Below are positions 19,900 through 28,800 of a stretch of 64,000 bases of DNA, one piece after another. Source of the DNA: Niabella sp. 22666 (GTDB taxonomy: Bacteria; Bacteroidota; Bacteroidia; Chitinophagales; Chitinophagaceae); NCBI RefSeq assembly GCF_052044285.1, contig NZ_JBQEMT010000001.1; one strand, 5' to 3'. A program made the translations under genes and the position numbers. The notes under the pieces were generated by a model that was not told where the DNA came from, made no database searches, and saw nothing but the letters and a program-made list of their open reading frames with translations. Numbering within the stretch: position 1 is the stretch's first letter; each line of letters starts with the position of its first letter.

Positions 19900-20391
19900 G
19901 GCACCTGTCCATTGAGACTGTGTAACCCACCCATTGGAGTATCTAAACCCGGTAGCGAATTTAGACATCTATGCTACCAAGTTCATTACCATTTCGCATA
20001 TGTAAAACATATATCCAGACAGGCCTGGAATCACTTCGGGCCGGTTCAGCACCCATCGTTTTGGGTTGCCTAACCTATCGGGTGCGGTTTGCAACCATAG
20101 CAGTGAGGTTCAACACCTATCCGGAGGAGCTTATTATACTTCCGGATATATAAAACATATGTCCCGACCGGTCTTTTATTGGTCCATTGGAGTTGTACAA
20201 CCTCGTTTTTGCGGTTTCAAACATCAATTTTGAGGTTCCGGACGCCGAATTCGAGGTTATACAACCCCAAATTACAAGTCACCAACCCCAACGGAGGGGT
20301 TCAGAACCCCGCGCGAGGGTTTTACAACCGCGACAGACCTATTGATAACCCCGCCGGATAGGTTGAACAACCGCAAACGCCGCCATCCAAA
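19900..20391. repeat. Repeat-dense intergenic region with at least 8 degenerate GGTT-N3/4-AACC palindromic motifs and two ATATnTAAAACATAT elements
   Basis: Instances are ggttcagcaccc, ggtttgcaacc, ggttcaacacc, gttgtacaac, ggtttcaaaca, ggttatacaacc, ggttcagaaccc, ggttttacaaccgc and ggttgaacaaccgc. There is no coding potential. Confidence 0.5.
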
Positions 20392-21150
20392 TCAACAGAC
20401 CTTTCCAACTCTCAGCAATAATGGGAACACCACTTCTTTTTCTGCCGCATTGCCCCAATATGATTCGATCTGAGGTCTTAATGGTTCAACCGGGTTATAG
20501 CCATTTTTCTTTATAAAATGTTTTACTGCACTCCAGGTATTTAAATAACCGATCAAATGCTCCAAACTCCATTGATGCCGGTTTTCAAATTGGGACGTTT
20601 GTATTTCATCAAACGGGAATGGAATGGTTTTATAGTCTTCGTCTACATACCGCCGCTCCTTGTCCCAATATTTGCCGATGACATTGGTATAAAAATTTGT
20701 GATAAGCGCGTCGATTGTTTCTGATATCTGAATGCGGCCATAGCCGATTACACAGAATAAAGCATGCTCTTTTGCTGTACGCCTCGCTTCGGCATAAAAC
20801 CTGTCAAAGTCGAACCAATGGATAGCCTGCGCTACAATTACCAGGTCAAACAGATTATTGTTGAAGCGTGTGCTTTCGGCTGGCTGTACAGAATAAGAAA
20901 TATTGTCCGCCTGCAAGGCATTGTCGATTTGCGATTGGCTTATGTCGGTTGCAAAAACGTTATCAAAAATCTTTGCCAGCTCATACGCTACCTGGCCGTT
21001 GCCGGTGCCGCAATCCCAGGCATTTTGCTTACCGGGAACAATAGAATTCAGGTAATTAAAAAATTCTTTAGGATAAGTGGGGCGATATTTCGCGTATTGG
21101 TCTGATTGGGATGAAAAGTTATCTTTTGCAGGCATGGTGCAAAAATACAA
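20392..21150 (-). CDS. Class I SAM-dependent methyltransferase (Methyltransf_11-like)
   Basis: WDCGTGNGQVAYELAKIFDNVFATDISQSQI. Confidence 0.75.
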   Translation of the reverse strand: MYFCTMPAKDNFSSQSDQYAKYRPTYPKEFFNYLNSIVPGKQNAWDCGTGNGQVAYELAKIFDNVFATDISQSQIDNALQADNISYSVQPAESTRFNNNLFDLVIVAQAIHWFDFDRFYAEARRTAKEHALFCVIGYGRIQISETIDALITNFYTNVIGKYWDKERRYVDEDYKTIPFPFDEIQTSQFENRHQWSLEHLIGYLNTWSAVKHFIKKNGYNPVEPLRPQIESYWGNAAEKEVVFPLLLRVGKVC

Positions 21151-21588
21151 CAGGGCATTTTAAAGTTGCGTACCTACGGCACGCTGAATATATAGGCTAC
21201 CAACATATCGTCCCTACGGGACGTGTACATGAATAGAAGTCATGCAAACTTTTGTTACATCTGTATATTGACAGAGATGAGGCGCGTATCTATAACATAC
21301 AGAATATTTATCGAATTATTATCTACCAATATGCGGCACGCGGAGCATCCGGTTCTATTCGCCTATAAATATACTGTCCCTACAGGACAGGACATGGCAC
21401 GGCAAGAACAACTAATATTTATGCTGTCTAACAGCAAGCTGTGCTGTTGTAAGGAAAATGAAAAATACGAATAGCCTATTCATAGATTTAGAATGTAATA
21501 ATTTAAAATGCTACAGCCGCTTCAATAGTATATATAAGTCAACTACTTTAGCCAACTAGCCGCAGTTTCAACTAAAAGACTTCCTTGT

Positions 21589-22515
21589 TCAGCTAAACGA
21601 TTGCCTGAACTCCAATGGTGACAATTTTGTTTTTGTTTTGAATAGTTTACTAAATGATTGGGAATGCTCAAAGCCCAATTCGTAAGCAATTTCGCTAACC
21701 GATAAATGGGTGGTGGATAATTTCTCTTTGGCTTTTTCTATCAGCTTGTCGTGTATATGCTGCTGTGTACTTTGGCCCGTAAGCACTTTCAACAAGCCGC
21801 TTAAATACTTGGGCGATACGTTTAAGGTTTCTGCAATATGCTGCACTGTCGGCAGGCCTTTTGATAGCAGCTCTTCGTTATCAAAATAGCTGGTAAGCAA
21901 ATCCTCCAATCTTTCCAAAATCTGGTGATTGGCTTTTTCTCTTACAATAAACTGCCGGTGATAAAATCTTTCAGAATAATTAAGTAAGGCTTCAATATGT
22001 GAAACAATGATCTGCTTACTAAATTGGTCAATATTGGAATGATACTCCTGCCGGATATTTTCAATAATTCCATTCAACGTTTTTTCTTCCTTATTTGAAA
22101 GAAACAAGGCTTCGTTTACCGAGTAATCAAAAAATTCATATCGCTTGATATTTTTAGCTAATGAGGTATTCCAAAAGAAATCCGGGTGAATAAGCAACAT
22201 CCACCCGGAACGTTCTGTTGTGGCATGATTGCCTACCTGTATTTTAAAAACCTGGTTAGGTGCAATAAAAAACATAACACCCTCGTTAAAATTAAAAGCA
22301 TACTCCTGCTGCCCATACTTCATAGTGCCCTCAATGCCCCGTTTAACAGAGATCTGGTAAAAATCGAAAATCCAGTTTACTTCGCTGGTATCAGCAGCAC
22401 GTTTTATAGAAGCATAATCAACAATACTGATCAGCGGATGATCGGGCTTGGATAATCCTCTTAATTGATGAAATTCGCTGATGGTTTTTATGCGTATTGT
22501 TTGACTTTGCTCCAT
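21589..22515 (-). CDS. AraC family transcriptional regulator
   Basis: C-terminal dual HTH (IAETLNVSPKYLSGLLK...SVSEIAYELGFEHSQSFSKLFK) with an N-terminal cupin-like domain. Confidence 0.85.
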   Translation of the reverse strand: MEQSQTIRIKTISEFHQLRGLSKPDHPLISIVDYASIKRAADTSEVNWIFDFYQISVKRGIEGTMKYGQQEYAFNFNEGVMFFIAPNQVFKIQVGNHATTERSGWMLLIHPDFFWNTSLAKNIKRYEFFDYSVNEALFLSNKEEKTLNGIIENIRQEYHSNIDQFSKQIIVSHIEALLNYSERFYHRQFIVREKANHQILERLEDLLTSYFDNEELLSKGLPTVQHIAETLNVSPKYLSGLLKVLTGQSTQQHIHDKLIEKAKEKLSTTHLSVSEIAYELGFEHSQSFSKLFKTKTKLSPLEFRQSFS

Positions 22516-22643
22516 AATACCGTTTTAGAATAATTGAATTGATTCAAACACATATCCAGGCTCTAAGTGTTACCATCTCACGTTTAGCTATTAAGCCATC
22601 CGCTACCACTTGCTGTTGCTTAAATGTATGCAACGCTTTCACA

Positions 22644-23519
22644 CTAAAAATAATTTTGTTCCATATCCTCCAACAATCCTATGTGTTGGGGCCGCCAGCC
22701 TAACTGCTCCTGTGTTTTGATACTGGTAGCAGGATTGTCAAACATTATAAAGCGGCTCATCCATTCAAAATGTATTGCGGTTTCCTCTTCTGATAAAGAT
22801 ACTACGGGCAGGTTCAGCCTTTCGCCAATCAACTCAGCTATTTTTTTTATTTCAATGCCGGTATCTCCTACTGCATTATATAAAGCGCCTTTTGCCGCTT
22901 TTTCAGCCGCTAAGCGAAATAATTTTGCAGCATCTAAGCGGTGTACGGCAGACCAACGATTAGCACCATTTCCGGGATAGGCCGAAACACCATGTTTACG
23001 GGCCTGCGCAATAATGAACGGGATAAATCCATGATCACCTTTATCATGTACAGATGGGGACAAACGAACAACTGAAGCATTGACGCCTTTTTCAGCCAGG
23101 GCTAAGGCCGCCGCCTCCGAAAAACGAATGGAATACTTTGCTACACTTTCTTCGGTTACAAATCCATCGTGAAGGGGTAAACCTAAAATACCGGCCGATA
23201 CTACTATGGGTTTATCTGTACCTATTAAAGCTTCTCCCATAGTATTAATAGCATTTTGATCTATTGCCGCCGCTTTTTCATATTGGGCAAAGTCATGGAA
23301 AAAACCTGTGTGTATAACACCATCGGTGTTTAATGCGCCTTGTTTCAAAACTTCCAGATCAGTGAGGTCGCCCATCAAAATTTCTGCTCCTGTATCCTGT
23401 ATTTTTTTTGCTGATTCGTCTGAGCGTGCTAAACCTACTACCTGGTGTCCTGCACTTATCAGTTCCCTGGTTACGGCAGAACCAACGAAGCCTGAAGCTC
23501 CTGTTACAAATACTTTCAT
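22644..23519 (-). CDS. NAD(P)-dependent oxidoreductase / epimerase (SDR, NmrA-like)
   Basis: MKVFVTGASGFVGSAVTREL is a Rossmann motif. This is the usual AraC-SDR gene pair. Confidence 0.8.
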   Translation of the reverse strand: MKVFVTGASGFVGSAVTRELISAGHQVVGLARSDESAKKIQDTGAEILMGDLTDLEVLKQGALNTDGVIHTGFFHDFAQYEKAAAIDQNAINTMGEALIGTDKPIVVSAGILGLPLHDGFVTEESVAKYSIRFSEAAALALAEKGVNASVVRLSPSVHDKGDHGFIPFIIAQARKHGVSAYPGNGANRWSAVHRLDAAKLFRLAAEKAAKGALYNAVGDTGIEIKKIAELIGERLNLPVVSLSEEETAIHFEWMSRFIMFDNPATSIKTQEQLGWRPQHIGLLEDMEQNYF

Positions 23520-23643
23520 TTTTAACTGTTTTTATTGAAGCAAAATTGCGCAGCTTTCAAAAAACAGTTGTAGCCGAAGTTCAGAATATTGTAGGCAAAA
23601 AAGAAAGGTGCGAATTACCGGGCTGTGAACCAGTTCGTTTTTG

Positions 23644-24522
23644 TTAGTTGCATTTTACCCGCTTAAAGTCTTGAAGCTTTTCATCGTACTCCAGGCATAC
23701 CTTTTTAACTAAAACCATCTTGTTTTTCACAACTTTATATTCGGCATTCATATGGCTATTACCCGCGCAACATTGATTATGTTCGTAAATTCTTTTTTTA
23801 TCTTTATCAAAAGATAACGAAGTACCACTGAAACCACTATTAAAATATTTGCGTGTTTTAGGATTATAAAGGAAATATAAGCTTGATGTATTAGGCCCTG
23901 CATAACTCTGCTCAAAAACTGAAAAGTCTCCGATACCGTCGAAGTTATAATCTCCAACACTTACATTGTCCAATCCCCAAAGCTGGCACTCAAAGTTTAT
24001 TTGCTGAATTAACTTATCCGTTTTCTTTTCCATGATCTTCATCCCGGTCACTTTTGCGTAAAAATCACCCTTTTCTTTAGAGATAATCAATTTGAAATAC
24101 CGATCCTTTAAAGATTCGGATTGAATAATTTCCCGGTTTGCCCATCCGACACTCTCCCCGTAGTCTATGTCAAAAGTTTTTGTAAGAGTAATTTTAAACT
24201 GTTTATCAGATCTTAGATCTTTCCATACGCCTTCTAACAGCACGTTTTTTGCATCAAAATTTATGAAAGTCAGGGTTGCTTTGTTTTTACCGGCGCTATC
24301 TTTCTCATACAGTACCAACTGCTTTTGTTTAAGTGTGCCGTTAATTACGATAGGTTCATCATAATTAGTATAGGCATAAATGGCTCTTGCATCCCCATCA
24401 GAGAAAATATGAGTTACTAACTCAATGGGATATTTATCAATACATCCCGAATAACTCGTTTGTGCTGATGCGTGGAGCGAAACCAAAAGCAATAATACTA
24501 AGTACCCTTTCATCATGGTCAT
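23644..24522 (-). CDS. Secreted hypothetical protein (292 aa, Cys-rich C-terminus)
   Basis: Signal peptide MTMMKGYLVLLLLVSLHASAQ. I recognise no family. Confidence 0.45.
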   Translation of the reverse strand: MTMMKGYLVLLLLVSLHASAQTSYSGCIDKYPIELVTHIFSDGDARAIYAYTNYDEPIVINGTLKQKQLVLYEKDSAGKNKATLTFINFDAKNVLLEGVWKDLRSDKQFKITLTKTFDIDYGESVGWANREIIQSESLKDRYFKLIISKEKGDFYAKVTGMKIMEKKTDKLIQQINFECQLWGLDNVSVGDYNFDGIGDFSVFEQSYAGPNTSSLYFLYNPKTRKYFNSGFSGTSLSFDKDKKRIYEHNQCCAGNSHMNAEYKVVKNKMVLVKKVCLEYDEKLQDFKRVKCN

Positions 24523-24539
24523 GTTTATATGGAATGGTT

Positions 24540-24794
24540 CTATTTCAAATTCCGCTCTTTTAAAAGCTGCTCCACCTCTTGTTTATTATATTTTGGTTTA
24601 TTATTGATCAGTTTGTATATGAGAAACAACGGTATCAATAAAAAGAAGCCAAAGCCATTTTTCATAACGCTGTAAAAAACGACACCTATTAAGAAGCCTA
24701 TAAATCCTGCATTGATGACTGCATCGGATTTCATTTTTTTGGCAGCTTGTAATAGCTCCTCATCGGTTAATGCAGCCAGTTCTTTTTGATCCAT
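24540..24794 (-). CDS. Small membrane protein (84 aa)
   Basis: Two TM helices. ORF only. Confidence 0.35.
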   Translation of the reverse strand: MDQKELAALTDEELLQAAKKMKSDAVINAGFIGFLIGVVFYSVMKNGFGFFLLIPLFLIYKLINNKPKYNKQEVEQLLKERNLK

Positions 24795-24935
24795 TTTAAA
24801 TATCTTTTATGGTTAAGTTGGTTTATCTTAAAGTTTCTGTCAATGATTGGACTTACGTTAGTCGAAGATTTAGAAAGTTCCCCGGAGCCACATCTTCACT
24901 GCCAGGCTTTACAATGCGTCCCCGTCATAAGCAAT

Positions 24936-25748
24936 TTATTTAAAGTACTCCACAATTTCATAGCTGCCATCATAATACTTATGAAGCAATTCCTTTAAAT
25001 AGTATTTATGCTGTACACCTGTAAGAATGGCTATTTTTTTGCCTTTGTGCTCGTTTGCCTTTTTAATAATGTTTATCGCCATAGTATTATTTCTCAAGTC
25101 CCAGAAATTACACCAAAGCTGATACCCCTCCTTAAATGAAATCTTTTCGCCGTTAGGTTTCAGTACAAACCTTTTAGAAAAGATCTCCTCTGAACCGGTT
25201 ATTGCTGGTAATTCATGATGTTGTATATATTGCCTGTTCCTGTTGGCCGCTTCAAACTCATCTGAATTTAAAGCCCGGATACCTTTTTTAGAAAACTCAA
25301 TCAATGCTTTATTTGCTTCCTTGTATTTTTCGAAAATTTTTGTATTCGCCGGACTAAGTAAGTTCTTTTTATACAAACTGTCAATAAGGGCTATGGTAAG
25401 ATTATCTGTTGGAACCATTCCATTATTTCTTCGATATTGATTTCTTCCTTCGAACTCAAAAGGCAGGTTTAATGTTCCAGGATACTTTTTTAAGTACATC
25501 AAAGAAGCATTCTGTTCATTCGATTGAGGGCTGATATCTTTAAAGTAGCTTGAAATTTGTTCGCTGTCATTCTCCTGCAACAAAATATCCGGTTTTATAT
25601 GATCCAATATTTCAAATAGCATTTGTGGATTTAGGATAGCAGACGATTCGTGAACGGTTCCAATGATATATAGTCTCGTTTTTTTTGTCTCCTGGCAATG
25701 ACCTATTTTAAAAGAAAGAAAAAGGGAAAAGAATAGTAAATATTTCAT
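24936..25748 (-). CDS. Secreted hypothetical protein, possibly TraB/GumN-like (DUF5694-type)
   Basis: There is a signal peptide from the internal Met (MKYLLFFSLFLSF) and a YIIGTVHES motif resembling the GTxH of the TraB/GumN family. The start is taken at Met19 of the ORF-track ORF. Confidence 0.4.
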   Translation of the reverse strand: MKYLLFFSLFLSFKIGHCQETKKTRLYIIGTVHESSAILNPQMLFEILDHIKPDILLQENDSEQISSYFKDISPQSNEQNASLMYLKKYPGTLNLPFEFEGRNQYRRNNGMVPTDNLTIALIDSLYKKNLLSPANTKIFEKYKEANKALIEFSKKGIRALNSDEFEAANRNRQYIQHHELPAITGSEEIFSKRFVLKPNGEKISFKEGYQLWCNFWDLRNNTMAINIIKKANEHKGKKIAILTGVQHKYYLKELLHKYYDGSYEIVEYFK

Positions 25749-25890
25749 CTTTATAACGTAATTCTGATCAAAAATACAAGTATCCCTCCAGCCTAAATAC
25801 AACCACTGAATTCCTAAACCAGAAAATTTAGCCTGTATTCTGTGGGAGGTTCACTATTAAATTTTCGGTTATCCGTATTCCAAAGAAATA

Positions 25891-28800
25891 CTATTTCCCC
25901 CGCAATACTTCTTTAATCCCCTCCAGCCCATCCACAAACTGGTTCATTTGTGCAATGATCTGTGAAAACTTATCCTGGTCGCCCAGGCCCTTTAGCATAC
26001 GATATTTTTTAAACTCCTTTTTAATATCCTCCCAACGACTGCGCTCCTCTTCAGTAAGGAGCCCCATAATTTCTTTTAGTTTTAATAGATTGGCTTCCGC
26101 ATCTTTAGTAAGCGTTTGCGACTCGTTCTTATAATGGGTTGACACCAGTTCGGTCACTTCGCCTTCGGTCATAATAGGAATGATAGATGACAATATCTTA
26201 TTCATATTACGATAAGAACCCTGTAATTTAAACGGCGGCTCTTCTCTGAACGTATCCATTATCCCGGCGGATTGTATATAGGTTTCATTCACTTTTAATA
26301 CCGTTGCTCTTACCTGCAATGCATGTTTTACCACCTGTATAAAATCCTGTATTTCAGAGGCTGTAAAATTACCATCCAAATTGGGTAGATTCCGTTCAGG
26401 ATCCTGCACATAGGCTACTAATTTATACAGGTTTTCCATACCACTTTGAGACAATTTTCGCAAATGCGTATTCGCCATCAAAGCGTTCTCCAGCATACTC
26501 ATTTCAAACTGGGCTTTATTTACCGATGTCATATCACCCAGGTTATAAATATCGGCCCGGTTGGATAGCATATCCGGGATCTTAAATATCTCGCCTGACT
26601 CTGTGTAAGGGTTACCGGCCATTACTAAAGCAAATCGCTTGCCTCGCAGGTCATAGGTTTTAGGCTCATTATTAAACACGCCATCCATCCGGCGCTGGCC
26701 GTCTGCCAATGAAATGAATTTCTGCAGGAACTCTGTATTGCAATGCTGGATGTCATCGATATACAGCATAACGTTATCGCCCATTTCCAAAGCCAGGTTC
26801 AGTTTGCGCAACTCACTTTTAGCAGCCGCATCCTTTGCCTCCCCGGGATCTACAGAAGTAATAGTATGCCCCAAAGAAGGACCATTGATCTTAATAAATA
26901 CCAGTCCCAGCCTGTCGGCTATATATTCCATCAACGTTGTTTTTCCATAACCCGGAGGAGATACCAGCAACAACAAGCCACTTCTATCACTTCGCTTGGC
27001 ATCGCCAGACTCTCCTATTTGTTTTGAAAAATTGGCACCGATCAACGGAAAATATACCTGGTTAATCAATTGATTCCTTACAAAAGAAGTTAGTACTTCG
27101 GTTTTGAAATTTTCCAGGTTTAGTTGCCTACTCTTTTGTAACAACAACTCTTTCTTGAGTTGCTGCAAACGCAAAAACTGTGGAACAATATGTGCGTCAT
27201 GATCTTTCAGTAATCTCACCCAATGATAATGATCGAGCACAAATACATTACCATCCTGTTGCACCGATTGAAGACCTGTAATTTCGATCACATGATGATC
27301 ATCGTCGGTTTCAATACGGGTATTGCCTTCGGTGATCAACATAGCTGTCAGCTCCATCATCAAATCTGAAGGAATATCGATCTGCGTTTTTACCGCGAAC
27401 CGGTATAACCAGCTTTCTACCAGGGCCCAGAGCATGGCAGGCTTATCTTTCAGCTCCTGCATGTACTCTTGGTATTTCTTATCTATAAAATCGGCTTTCA
27501 GGTGTTTTTTAAACGCAATGAATATATCGTTGTCGGCATGCGAAACCATTGTAACACCCGCCGGGCTTCCGTATAAATAAGCTGCCGCAGCCTGCACATC
27601 CAAATCGACGTATGGAAATTCTTTTTGAATAAAAGCTGCTACTCCTTCTGCCGCCTCCTTTATGAAGAGCTCAATCTCTTTTTGCTGACTATAATGTGTT
27701 TTTAAGAATTTCACCGCCGTAATTTTACGGGTGAGATCTTCTTTTTCTGCTGCCGGCAGGTAATGCCAGAACATATGCGCGAGTGCCCGCTCTTCAGGCA
27801 GGTAGCTCAATATACCCAGGCCCATTCTTAACTGCAGCCAATGCGTTGCCAATAACAAGGCATCTTTATCGTGCACCCCCTTTACATAACCTTCAGACGG
27901 ATGAGCAGTGAGGTAGACATTTACCTGGTGCTCCAGTTCGGCCGCAGCAGGATTAACATCAGCTGTATATTGCTGCAAAATACGCCAGGCCAGGTATACA
28001 GCCCGTGGAACCGCTTTGCTTTCAGATCCATACTCCTGGTCCATCACCGCTTTCAGCGTTTCCAGTTCCGGGTGATGAATGGGCTCAAAATAGGAAGTGC
28101 CCGTAATATGATAATTATAAACACCGTCCCTGTTCGTCAGCGTCAGGGCTACGTTCTGCGACTGAATGGCAAACCGGTGCTTACCCATTGCCAGTATTTG
28201 CGCCCCATCAACATACAGTTCCTTCCTGTCTTTCAGATTACGAATAGCTTCCTGCTGTACTACCAGCAATTGCTGTAAAATTTCTTCACTTTTGGTGGCA
28301 TCTTCCATCGCAGCCAGCTCCTGCGCCATCTGCCTTGCCCGGTCTACCATCAGGTCTGATGAGAAGAAGGCATTGATCTCCGATTCGCTTTCCAAATTCT
28401 TTGCCTTATTTTTTACGCCTGTGATGATACGCTCAGCGGCCTGCTGCAACTGGCCTGCCTTTTTATTTTTTTGTTCGAGTAATTGAACTTTCCTCGCTTC
28501 AAAACTATCATACAGCATCTGCCGCTTTTCCGAAGTATGCACCTGTACTTCATCCCAGTCCGCAAAACGCATTTCGATCTCCTCTAATTGTATCGTCAAT
28601 TTAGATAAATACTCGTTAACCTTTTCGGTGCTATCCGCCATGTCGAGGAAGTTAATAATAGACTGATCTAACAAGGTCATTTGCGCCTGAAACTCTGCCT
28701 GTGATTCTTTCTTGTTAAGCTCACTACGTTGGTTTTGTATCTGCGTGCGCAGTTGATTTAAGCTGGAAAACAACTGCGATATGTTTTCAATAATTTTTGC

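Noticed and set aside
19813-20361. Three small ORFs of 60-86 aa in the 19.7-20.4 kb spacer
   Set aside because: They run through the GGTT..AACC repeat array, are Pro/Gly/Arg-rich translations of repeats and overlap each other.
21223-21474. An 83-aa plus-strand ORF between the methyltransferase and AraC genes
   Set aside because: It spans two hairpin repeats, has an odd composition and has no plausible Bacteroidota promoter context. The region reads better as structured non-coding DNA.
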